A stretch of DNA of 40,610 nt, taken from the NCBI GenBank assembly GCA_964491455.1, contig CAZBFM010000001.1, forward strand, positions 522,293-562,902. The letters run 5' to 3'. The stretch comes from an uncultured Candidatus Saccharibacteria bacterium (GTDB lineage: Bacteria > Patescibacteriota > Minisyncoccia > 2-02-FULL-40-12 > GWA2-44-9). The notes below the pieces were generated by a model. It searched no databases. It was not told the origin of the DNA and saw nothing but the letters and a program-made list of their open reading frames with translations. Positions 7,140-14,975 of this stretch are shown here, in pieces (positions within the stretch are counted from its first letter, which is position 1; each line of letters opens with the position of its first letter). Both the position numbers and the translations under genes were made by a program.

Positions 7140-8621
7140 ATGCACCCCGAAAAAAAGAGCTTCATCATCCTATTCTTTCTTCTAGCGATCATATCAGGTG
7201 GATTATTAGCATGGCGCTTAGGGTTTAATCCTACGGTAGGAACATTCTTCGCATCAAACACCACAACACAAGAGCTGAAATTCCAAACAACATCAGCGAC
7301 GAGAATCAATGAAGTGGGCCGCGCAGGTACCTATGACTACTCACCTTCTAGTATTCGTGATGCTTCTGGGATGAAGGTCTACGTATGCGGTGGTGGAGTT
7401 GCGGGCGACCCGATGTCGGGCCATGACGCCATTTATTTGACGCAATTTGCTCCCGACGGGACAAAAGTCATCGATTCGCAACGCGTTATAGCACCCACTA
7501 TTACCACCGACTCCGACGACTCTATGCACGCATGTGCTCCGAGCGTGATTCAGCACAGTTTTTCACTATTGGAAAATGGCGCAAATAAATATCTCGCCTA
7601 CTACGAATGCGCACCAAAAGTGTACCGCACCAGCGACCAGGCCCACGTAGACATGTTCACTCAGATTTGTGTTGCCTACAGCGATGACGGCATCACCTGG
7701 AAAAAATATAACAAAACCGCATGGGAAGCAGCTGGAACACTTGTATCCTCAACGGAACCGGCCACTCCTGTCATTACAATCAATCCAATAATGGCTAGTC
7801 TTTTCGGAATCCGCGTCTCTGGTGGAAAATACTTAACTGACAAAACTGCAATCGAAGGTGCGCAATCCTATGGCGTCGGTCATCCCAGCGCACTTGTTCG
7901 TGATGGCATGATTTGGCTTTACTACTATGACTCGGTAGGAATGTGGGGTGATCGTGGTTTGTTTTTAAGAAAATCAAACGACGGCGTTCATTTCACTGAC
8001 GCCGTTAAGATTACGAACATCAAATCTCCTGTTGAAGTAAAGTACGTTCAAAACCCGGTCGGAACTCAGCCTGGATATTTTGTAGCGCTCGGACATGCAT
8101 TTAACGTTCCCTACTATAATTATTCATGGGATGGCATTAACTGGCAGTGGACCGAAGAAGACTCTCAAGATTTCTATACATCGATGCTCGCGCAAAATTA
8201 CTCCCTTGCCGCGCCGGCATCAGGAATGTGCCTTTCGCCTGGCGGGTTAAGTTTGGTGAGTGATTCATCGGGAACAGTCCAGAACACAACCATCGTTGTT
8301 GCTACCAACGAAGGCAAACTTGGCGGCAGCGACGGGTGCACCGCAAGCAATGGTTGCTCATGTTACGACCCCCGCGAAGATGCGGCTCGTGGGTCAACAT
8401 GGCAAGCATCATTTTATACTGGAACGTTTGCCGCTATCGTGCCGATATCAACTCCCCTTCGCGGCGACCTCAACTCCGACGGCATCGTCAACGCCGCAGA
8501 CCTCTCTAGGCTCGTTACGATATTTGGACAGACGAGCGATCTCGGTGGCGCTGATCTGATACCAGGCAACGGGGTGGATATCTTCGACTATAACGAGCTC
8601 GTGAGGATATTGAATCAGTAG
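7140..8621 (+). CDS. TM-anchored Asp-box (BNR) beta-propeller protein, putative glycosidase-like, with C-terminal dockerin
   Basis: Start chosen at MHPEKKSF by parallel with the next gene. TM helix plus WRLGFNPTVGTFFASN motif. Asp-box-like repeats YSDDGITW, KSNDGVHF, YSWDGINW. Dockerin is GDLNSDGIVNAADLSRLV...ADLIPGNGVDIFDYNELV (8457-8621). Confidence 0.7.
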   Translation: MHPEKKSFIILFFLLAIISGGLLAWRLGFNPTVGTFFASNTTTQELKFQTTSATRINEVGRAGTYDYSPSSIRDASGMKVYVCGGGVAGDPMSGHDAIYLTQFAPDGTKVIDSQRVIAPTITTDSDDSMHACAPSVIQHSFSLLENGANKYLAYYECAPKVYRTSDQAHVDMFTQICVAYSDDGITWKKYNKTAWEAAGTLVSSTEPATPVITINPIMASLFGIRVSGGKYLTDKTAIEGAQSYGVGHPSALVRDGMIWLYYYDSVGMWGDRGLFLRKSNDGVHFTDAVKITNIKSPVEVKYVQNPVGTQPGYFVALGHAFNVPYYNYSWDGINWQWTEEDSQDFYTSMLAQNYSLAAPASGMCLSPGGLSLVSDSSGTVQNTTIVVATNEGKLGGSDGCTASNGCSCYDPREDAARGSTWQASFYTGTFAAIVPISTPLRGDLNSDGIVNAADLSRLVTIFGQTSDLGGADLIPGNGVDIFDYNELVRILNQ

Positions 8622-8630
8622 TATACTCAA
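8456..8630 (+). repeat. Copy 1 of a ~175-bp near-identical direct repeat (dockerin coding segment plus stop plus 9 nt)
   Basis: Matches 10310-10484 with 3 mismatches by eye. The remainder of the two genes is dissimilar at the DNA level. Confidence 0.9.
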
Positions 8631-8645
8631 GAAGAATTTCTTTGT

Positions 8646-10475
8646 ATGCATCCAAGTAAGCGAGCATTCATTCTCCTCGTTGTTATACTAGCTCTCATTT
8701 CTGGTGGTCTTTTGATGTGGCGGTTTGGGGTAACGTTTGATGCGGGAAGGTTCTTTGCAGCCGAGAACAGCGATGGGGTCGATCCTCAATATATTTTTGT
8801 TCGAAAAAGCAATACTTGCTCTAATTGCATTCTGTGGAATGGGCACTATCCGGAAAACTACAGCGCCGCAGCTATCAACGAAATCGTTACTCTTATTGGC
8901 ACAAAGGGAACACCCACGCGTCGACTCGGCGTCGGGGCTATCTTCGAACCAAATCAAATCGACATAGCAAAGACAAAGCAGTCTCTCGTCAATCTACTCC
9001 TTGCCTCATTAGAAAATGAATTCCCAGTCTTTATCTCCCTTGATAACTTTACCTGGTGGGATAACCGCCCAAACCTCTGGTATTGGTGGGAACCGGGTAT
9101 AAGTGCCGCCGAGAAAGCAGCACGCAAAGCGAATGTCGAGTGGTCCAACTGGGATGGAGATACGAACGACGCTAACGCACTTAAAATCAGCTGGACGAAT
9201 TGGGGTAGCCAGTTCCGCAGACCTCCGAGCCCTAATCTTTTGAGTCCCGCGTATATCGAGAATTCGATTTCTAACCTCAATCAACTATTACCGGTAATCA
9301 CCGAGTGGTATCGTCAGTTACCAGCAAATAAGAAATATTTACTCGGAGGCGTTGATTTTGGTAATGAGGTTGATATTGGTGCTAATTTTTATTACTACCC
9401 AAATGGCAATTCGTATACCAGCGGAGACCCAGTATCAACATTGAACACGGATCCTGCGAGTGACCCACACTATCCCACGAGCGACTTCTTGGCGCACACG
9501 ACTCAAATAGGCTACGCCGCATTGAAGCTCGGCGGTATCAAGTCGTCGGGAGCGATAACTACCGAAGACCTCAATGCCGCAGTTAATCGTTACCTAAATA
9601 TACTCACGAAGCACGCCTATGACGCAGGCATCCCGCGTAATAAGATATTCAATCACACCGGTGGCAAGGGGTCATCACCCGACTGGATATACCCATCAAC
9701 ACCTGCGTTCACCGATCTGCGCAGCACCCTCATGCCATATGCGTACCCCGGATGGAGCCTGTACGGCAATAAAACGAATCCTGTAAATAGCGTATTACTA
9801 AACAGCGCCCTCGATAGCGTGCCGGGCATGCAGTGGGCATCACCGGAATGGCTTCCCGACGCAACGGACGCTGCCGAATGGCTTTCCGCAGTCAGAAATA
9901 CATTAAACTATCGCAATAATCGATTCATTAATATCGCAAATTGGGAAGAAATCAGAAACAATCCTAATGCGTTATCGGCAATTCGTACCGCACTCGGAGA
10001 AAGCCCCGCATGCTGGGTAAGCAGCCCCACCGTCAGCGTAGCAGCGACGGGAAATTCCGCCGTTTTCACCGTGAGTGGCGGACAACATGCGACCGCTCAA
10101 TATCTGAATATTGCCACCAATTCGACCTTGAGAAGTGATGGCATTTTCCAAACAGCGGATATCGCCAATGACAATATCGTCGGCAAGAACAGCTACACCG
10201 TGCCGAATTTGACACCAGGTGTATATCATTGGCTTCTTGCGTCCGATGGGTGCAGCCCCGTGCAACGTCGTGTCGCGTATGGAACATTCGAAATTACCGC
10301 TTCGCAAGCCCTTCGCGGCGATCTCAACTCCGACGGCATCGTCAACGCCGCAGACCTTTCTAGGCTCGTTACGATATTTGGACAGACGAGCGATCTCGGT
10401 GGCGCTGATCTGATACCAGGCAACGGGGTGGATATCTTCGACTATAACGAGCTCGTGAGGATCTTGAATCAGTAG
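8646..10475 (+). CDS. TM-anchored protein of unknown (possibly carbohydrate-active) function with Ig-like module and C-terminal dockerin
   Basis: N-terminus MHPSKRAFILLVVILALISGGLLMWRFGVTFDAGRFFAAEN, Trp-rich central domain, dockerin identical to that of 7140-8621 (10311-10475). Confidence 0.7.
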   Translation: MHPSKRAFILLVVILALISGGLLMWRFGVTFDAGRFFAAENSDGVDPQYIFVRKSNTCSNCILWNGHYPENYSAAAINEIVTLIGTKGTPTRRLGVGAIFEPNQIDIAKTKQSLVNLLLASLENEFPVFISLDNFTWWDNRPNLWYWWEPGISAAEKAARKANVEWSNWDGDTNDANALKISWTNWGSQFRRPPSPNLLSPAYIENSISNLNQLLPVITEWYRQLPANKKYLLGGVDFGNEVDIGANFYYYPNGNSYTSGDPVSTLNTDPASDPHYPTSDFLAHTTQIGYAALKLGGIKSSGAITTEDLNAAVNRYLNILTKHAYDAGIPRNKIFNHTGGKGSSPDWIYPSTPAFTDLRSTLMPYAYPGWSLYGNKTNPVNSVLLNSALDSVPGMQWASPEWLPDATDAAEWLSAVRNTLNYRNNRFINIANWEEIRNNPNALSAIRTALGESPACWVSSPTVSVAATGNSAVFTVSGGQHATAQYLNIATNSTLRSDGIFQTADIANDNIVGKNSYTVPNLTPGVYHWLLASDGCSPVQRRVAYGTFEITASQALRGDLNSDGIVNAADLSRLVTIFGQTSDLGGADLIPGNGVDIFDYNELVRILNQ

Positions 10476-10484
10476 TATACTCAA
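10310..10484 (+). repeat. Copy 2 of the ~175-bp dockerin repeat
   Basis: See 8456-8630. Confidence 0.9.
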
Positions 10485-10490
10485 ATCACT

Positions 10491-11483
10491 ATGGAACCAA
10501 CACCTCAACCATCACCCTCTCACGCATCGCGCTGGTTCGTGCTCATTGGAGCTCTCATACTCATTGTGGGAGCAGCGTATGGCTCGTACTGGTATTTTAT
10601 TGAGAAGCAAAATCTTAGCTTCAATATCGATCTCAACACAAGCTCGGCATCAACAGACTCCCCCGTGCTCAACCTCACCCCCGGAGCAACGTCAATCACC
10701 ACAGGCCAACCAGGCTACTTTGATATCACCATTGATGCTGGTACCAGAAAAGTTTCCGCTGTCGATCTACGTCTCGCAATCACCGGAGCTGTCACGGGAT
10801 TAGCGATCGACACATCGACATCCGAGTTCACTGATCTCATTAAAGCTGCCAGTATTACGGGTCAAACCGCGACCATCGTTCTCGGTTCTGGCGCCACTCC
10901 TAAATCAGGAGTCAACCTCAAGGTTGCTCGTCTCACATTCACAGCGGGTGCGGTTGGCACAATCTCACTCTCAACAAGCGGATCCCAAGCGGCGTCAAAC
11001 GAGTCAACTACGAATATTCTCGCATCCTCCACCACTAGTACAATTTCAGTGGTTGCTATAGCGCTCAATCCACCTACAGCGACCCTTACTGCATCCCCCA
11101 CAACCATAAAGACTGGGCTGCTATTGAATTCTTCTGCAACGCTTACGTGGTCACATAATGGTACCAGTGCAACCATCTCACCAGCAGGAGTTGCGACATC
11201 CGTTGGCGCCACCGGCAGCACTACCGTGAGTCCCACCACAACCACCACGTACACGCTCACAGCAACAAATACTGATGGCTCAACTCCAACAACAGCAACA
11301 ATTACGGTCCAGAAAGTATGCGATGTTAATAACGATGGAGTCGTCGGCATCCTGGACATCAATCCTATCGTGGAGGACTTTGGGAAGCCCAGCGCACGAG
11401 CTGACTTCAATAAAACCGGCCTCGTAGACATTTTCGATTACAATATTTTTGTCACCAATTTTGCGAGTCAAAAAACAAACTAA
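10491..11483 (+). CDS. Adaptor-type protein: TM anchor, cohesin-like module, Ig-like module, C-terminal dockerin
   Basis: Cohesin-like segment YFDITIDAGTRKVSAVDLRLAI...VNLKVARLTFTAGAVGTISLS (about 10653-11001). Dockerin is CDVNNDGVVGILDINPIV...ADFNKTGLVDIFDYNIFV (11319-11483). Confidence 0.65.
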   Translation: MEPTPQPSPSHASRWFVLIGALILIVGAAYGSYWYFIEKQNLSFNIDLNTSSASTDSPVLNLTPGATSITTGQPGYFDITIDAGTRKVSAVDLRLAITGAVTGLAIDTSTSEFTDLIKAASITGQTATIVLGSGATPKSGVNLKVARLTFTAGAVGTISLSTSGSQAASNESTTNILASSTTSTISVVAIALNPPTATLTASPTTIKTGLLLNSSATLTWSHNGTSATISPAGVATSVGATGSTTVSPTTTTTYTLTATNTDGSTPTTATITVQKVCDVNNDGVVGILDINPIVEDFGKPSARADFNKTGLVDIFDYNIFVTNFASQKTN

Positions 11484-11489
11484 CATCGT

Positions 11490-12365
11490 ATGACGTCATC
11501 CCTCCTTCGATCATCGGTAGCATTTGCAGTCATGATCCTTCTGCTGGCACCAACTACCGTATTCGCACTCGCAGGTGGACCCACGCTATCCTTGCAACCA
11601 AGCGCCTCTACCACCAGCACGAATAATCAATTCACCGTTCAACTTTCTCTCGATACAAAAAGCTATACCGTCACAGCGGTCGATGTGAAGATCTCCTTCC
11701 CTTCTGACAAGTTGCAGGCACTCTCTATTACTCCGGGAACATTTCTACCCTCAGAGCTCATACCCGGTTCGGTTGGCCCAGGAACCGCCGCTATCACCAT
11801 GGCGGGTGGAGCAACGGGAAAGCAAGGCACGGGCACAGTAGCAATAGTCACCTTCAAGGCACTCAGTGCCGGGTCTGCCACAATTACATTCGACGCGTCC
11901 ACTCAAATAGCCGCAGTAGGCCAGACAAGCAACGTTGTCGACACACTGTCGCCGACAACAGTCACCATCTCAGGTGCCACCGTCATTACGTCCACACCGA
12001 CAGCGACGATATCCGCGACACCCACGCCAACATCCGGATCATGCCCAACACAATATGACCCCGTCTGTGGAACGAACGGCGTGACCTACGTAAATCGCTG
12101 CTCGGCTGAAATCGTCTATCGCAAAACCGTCGCCTACGTTGGAGCATGCACCACCGCGTCTACAACACCCACCACGTCACCGCGCATACCATCAGTAGGC
12201 CAAATATCAACTGGCCCCGGCGATGTCACCATCGTGGCACTTATCCTAAGCTCGCTGACAACACTCTTGTATGTGGGCTACACGCGCTCAAACGCATTCC
12301 GAAAAAACGAAATTGAGGAGATCGCAAAAGACGAACGCGAAACCCCTCCTGATTTTCGATCGTAG
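11490..12365 (+). CDS. Anchoring scaffoldin-like protein: signal peptide, cohesin-like module, Kazal-like module, C-terminal TGPGD-TM-DFRS anchor
   Basis: Signal peptide MTSSLLRSSVAFAVMILLLAPTTVFALA. Cohesin-like FTVQLSLDTKSYTVTAVDVKISFPSDKLQAL...GTVAIVTFKALSAGSATITFD. Kazal signature CPTQYDPVCGTNGVTYVNRC...GAC (12042-12149). Anchor module at 12207-12365. Confidence 0.7.
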   Translation: MTSSLLRSSVAFAVMILLLAPTTVFALAGGPTLSLQPSASTTSTNNQFTVQLSLDTKSYTVTAVDVKISFPSDKLQALSITPGTFLPSELIPGSVGPGTAAITMAGGATGKQGTGTVAIVTFKALSAGSATITFDASTQIAAVGQTSNVVDTLSPTTVTISGATVITSTPTATISATPTPTSGSCPTQYDPVCGTNGVTYVNRCSAEIVYRKTVAYVGACTTASTTPTTSPRIPSVGQISTGPGDVTIVALILSSLTTLLYVGYTRSNAFRKNEIEEIAKDERETPPDFRS

Positions 12366-12373
12366 CACCCAAG

Positions 12374-13306
12374 CTACTTCTTAGCTCCTTTCAGGAATTT
12401 TTCGTGCACCTCACGGAGACCCTTGTCAGTCACGTGGGTATAAATTTGCGTGGTCGTAATTGAGCTATGACCCAACATTGCTTGCACCGAGCGAATATCA
12501 GCACCGTTGCGAAGCAAATCAGTCGCGAAACTATGCCGAAGCGTGTGAGGACTCACCTGCTTCCCAATGATACCCGCCGCCGTTGCGTGTGTCTTCACAA
12601 TACGCTGGATGGATCGAGGTGTAAGGCGTAGATCTTCATATTTTCCGAATGCAAGATTGCGAGGTATACGGATGAAGAGCGCCGGGTCCATATCCGCGCG
12701 CGCCGCAAGCCACGTCTTGAGATGCTCTCCGGCATCGGCGCTAATAAATACAGGTCGGACCTTGCCACCCTTTCCACGAACCGCGAGCTCACCTCGCTCC
12801 ACGGAAATCATATCTCGATTGAGCGAGCAAAGCTCGGAGACACGCATACCAGTCGAAAAGAGCGTAGCAAGCATTGCCTTATCGCGCAGCGCTGGAAGAT
12901 CGCTCCCCTGTGGAGCCTCGAGGAGTCGTTGGAGCTCCGCCATCTCAAGGAAGCTCACCTGTCGATCTTCTTGCTTTCCAAGCTCAACGCGCTCGGGGGC
13001 TATCGAGGCAATCTGTCGCTTGGCAAGATATTTCAAGAAGTTGCGCAACGCGATGATGTGATAGTTTTGCGTGATTCGTTTGAGTGGTGCTTGTGTATCG
13101 GGATCTTTATACCGATTGAGCCACAGACGATACTGGCGAATACCATCCTCGGTGATGTCAGAGATATCCCCTCCCGTAGTTGCGGTGGCAAACTGTATAA
13201 AACGATCGAGGTAGCGATTATAGTTCTCGATGGTCTTCATCGCACGGTTACGCTCGATTTCCAAATACTCGAGATACTCGTTCTTGATTTGATTGATGGT
13301 CGCCAT
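12374..13306 (-). CDS. xerC: Tyrosine site-specific recombinase, XerC/XerD-like
   Basis: N-terminal SAM-like core-binding domain. Catalytic region HTLRHSFATDLLRNGADIRSVQAMLGHSSITTTQIYTHV (R..HxxR..H..Y). Confidence 0.85.
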   Translation of the reverse strand: MATINQIKNEYLEYLEIERNRAMKTIENYNRYLDRFIQFATATTGGDISDITEDGIRQYRLWLNRYKDPDTQAPLKRITQNYHIIALRNFLKYLAKRQIASIAPERVELGKQEDRQVSFLEMAELQRLLEAPQGSDLPALRDKAMLATLFSTGMRVSELCSLNRDMISVERGELAVRGKGGKVRPVFISADAGEHLKTWLAARADMDPALFIRIPRNLAFGKYEDLRLTPRSIQRIVKTHATAAGIIGKQVSPHTLRHSFATDLLRNGADIRSVQAMLGHSSITTTQIYTHVTDKGLREVHEKFLKGAKK

Positions 13307-13412
13307 GTACCTGCAGTATACAGAATGTGTCGCACAAGAAAATGATTGACAATTAACTTTTTTAATGATATTATTTGTTCCTGCTGTTCACTACCAATGA
13401 AGGAGAAAACGC

Positions 13413-13844
13413 GTGACTATTCTTTCTACGACGTTGATCGCTCTGGCGCTGATCATCGCGAGCGTCGTTTCATACAGCTTCGTGGTCGGGCCCTGGATCT
13501 ACGCCAAGGAGCTCAAGGAGCTGTTTTCCTTGGACACTCTACCAAAGGACAAGCTCGAACGTGAGATGGCGACACCCTACCTCAAGGCGGCGCTCCAGAA
13601 GTACGAGTACGCCATGAAGGCGGTCCAACACGAGCTCCGGCTGCACCTCGGACTACCAGACGCATCAACGCCCGAAGAGGTGTCCGAGCGCATCGCACAG
13701 TATCGCGCGATCACGTCGCGGCTCCATGATGCCACGTGGAAACACGAGCGAGCACGCTTCATGTACAGCAAGTTCGGAGAAGAGCCCGAAACGCCCCTCA
13801 CACAGAGCCAAGGCGCTGTCTTCGATCCGAACGCCATCGACTAG
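13413..13844 (+). CDS. TM-anchored hypothetical protein (GC3-rich ORF)
   Basis: GTG start at 13413, 8 nt after AAGGAG. One N-terminal TM helix and a helical soluble part. About 62% GC in the sampled 60 nt. Confidence 0.55.
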   Translation: MTILSTTLIALALIIASVVSYSFVVGPWIYAKELKELFSLDTLPKDKLEREMATPYLKAALQKYEYAMKAVQHELRLHLGLPDASTPEEVSERIAQYRAITSRLHDATWKHERARFMYSKFGEEPETPLTQSQGAVFDPNAID

Positions 13845-13863
13845 GTCGCCGCTTCCCCACCCT

Positions 13864-13884
13864 CCCCCAAGCACTGCTTGGGGG
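13864..13884 (+). terminator. Hairpin terminator after 13413-13844
   Basis: CCCCCAAGC-ACT-GCTTGGGGG, followed by an AT-rich tract (no clean T-run). Confidence 0.5.
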
Positions 13885-13898
13885 AGTTATTCTATCAT

Positions 13899-13927
13899 TT
13901 GCAAGAATGCAAAAATCATGCTATAAT
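13899..13927 (+). promoter_or_regulatory. Near-consensus sigma70 promoter for rpsO
   Basis: TTGCAA (13899-13904), 17-nt spacer, TATAAT (13922-13927). Confidence 0.65.
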
Positions 13928-13996
13928 GACTCCATAGTAAGTTCTAATGACGTGCGGTTGGTGCCTCAAGGTTCCTGACCGTATCGTGACAATTTC

Positions 13997-14260
13997 ATGT
14001 TAACCCCCAAGCAGAAGTCGAAGCTCATCGGCGCACATCAGATTCACGAAAAGGACACCGGTTCACCGGAGAGTCAGGTTGCGCTCTTTTCAGCAGAAAT
14101 CGAGGCCCTCACCAAGCATTTAAAGAAGCACGGCAAGGACAACAGCTCCCGTGTTGGACTCCTCAAGATGGTCGCCAAGCGCCGCCGTCTCATGGCGTAC
14201 CTCAAGCGCACCGATGAGAAGCGCTACGCAAAGCTCTCCAAGAGCATGGGCCTCAAGTAA
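13997..14260 (+). CDS. rpsO: 30S ribosomal protein S15
   Basis: GSPESQVALFSAEIEALTKHLKKHGKDNSSRVGLLKMVAKRRRLMAYL matches the S15 signature. 87 aa. Confidence 0.95.
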   Translation: MLTPKQKSKLIGAHQIHEKDTGSPESQVALFSAEIEALTKHLKKHGKDNSSRVGLLKMVAKRRRLMAYLKRTDEKRYAKLSKSMGLK

Positions 14261-14286
14261 GTCAGCGTCTCCTAATATTTTCATAG

Positions 14287-14931
14287 ATGCCCGATAAAAT
14301 AACTATTCAACCGCGACCTAACCATCGCGTGGGCGTGTTCGTAGACATGCAGAATCTCTACCACAGCGCCAAGAATCTCCATGGTGCACGTATCAACTTC
14401 GCCGAACTCGTAAAGCTCGCCAGCGCTAATCGCCAGATCATCCGTGCGCTCGTCTACGTCGTCAAAAGCGGCGAAACCGACGAAAAAGCATTCTTTGACG
14501 CGCTCGAAAAAAGCGGTCTTGAGCTCAAGATGAAAGATTTACAGGTGTTTGCTGGTGGTGCAAAGAAAGCCGACTGGGATGTCGGTATGGCAGTCGATGT
14601 CATATCACTGGCAAAACAGCTCGATGTAGTGGTACTTGCCACCGGTGACGGTGACTTCGTCCCCCTCGTCGAATACCTCCAGCATAATGGCGTCATCGTG
14701 GAAGCGATGTCATTTGGTCGCTCCACGTCTCTGCGCCTGAAAGAAGTGGTCAACAACTACATCGACCTGGACGATCAACGCAAGATTCTCATGGGTATTC
14801 CAGGCCAAGGGCCCGCTCGCCGCTCATCTCGTGGCAGTGGCCGCGCACGAAGCACCAAGCAATCAGCGCAATCGGCCGCTCCTATTTCCGAATCCTTCAT
14901 GGCTCCGCGGATTCATCCCGACGAAGAGTAA
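14287..14931 (+). CDS. NYN/LabA-like (DUF88) domain protein with basic disordered tail
   Basis: VGVFVDMQNLYHSA...VVVLATGDGDFVPLVEYLQHNG is typical of LabA-like NYN ribonuclease folds. C-terminal RRSSRGSGRARS tail. Confidence 0.75.
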   Translation: MPDKITIQPRPNHRVGVFVDMQNLYHSAKNLHGARINFAELVKLASANRQIIRALVYVVKSGETDEKAFFDALEKSGLELKMKDLQVFAGGAKKADWDVGMAVDVISLAKQLDVVVLATGDGDFVPLVEYLQHNGVIVEAMSFGRSTSLRLKEVVNNYIDLDDQRKILMGIPGQGPARRSSRGSGRARSTKQSAQSAAPISESFMAPRIHPDEE

Positions 14932-14936
14932 CCCCC

Positions 14937-14969
14937 AGAACCCCCGCATCCGCGGGGGTTCTGATTTTT
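14937..14969. terminator. Bidirectional rho-independent terminator between convergent genes
   Basis: AGAACCCCCGC-ATCC-GCGGGGGTTCT followed by GATTTTT. Confidence 0.75.
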
Positions 14970-14975
14970 AAAACC

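Noticed and set aside
10862-11431. 189-aa minus-strand ORF inside the cohesin-dockerin adaptor gene
   Set aside because: It is an antisense reading of Thr/Ser/Ala-rich coding DNA. The plus frame has TM, Ig-like and dockerin features and operon context.
12567-13345. Plus-strand ORFs (164 and 207 aa) antisense to the recombinase gene
   Set aside because: The minus-strand frame encodes a complete tyrosine recombinase with all catalytic motifs. The antisense frames have no recognisable features.
12374-13890. Integrated mobile element defined by the tyrosine recombinase
   Set aside because: The recombinase has the Xer-type architecture expected of a chromosomal dif-resolution enzyme. No flanking direct repeats, tRNA target or other phage or plasmid genes are visible.
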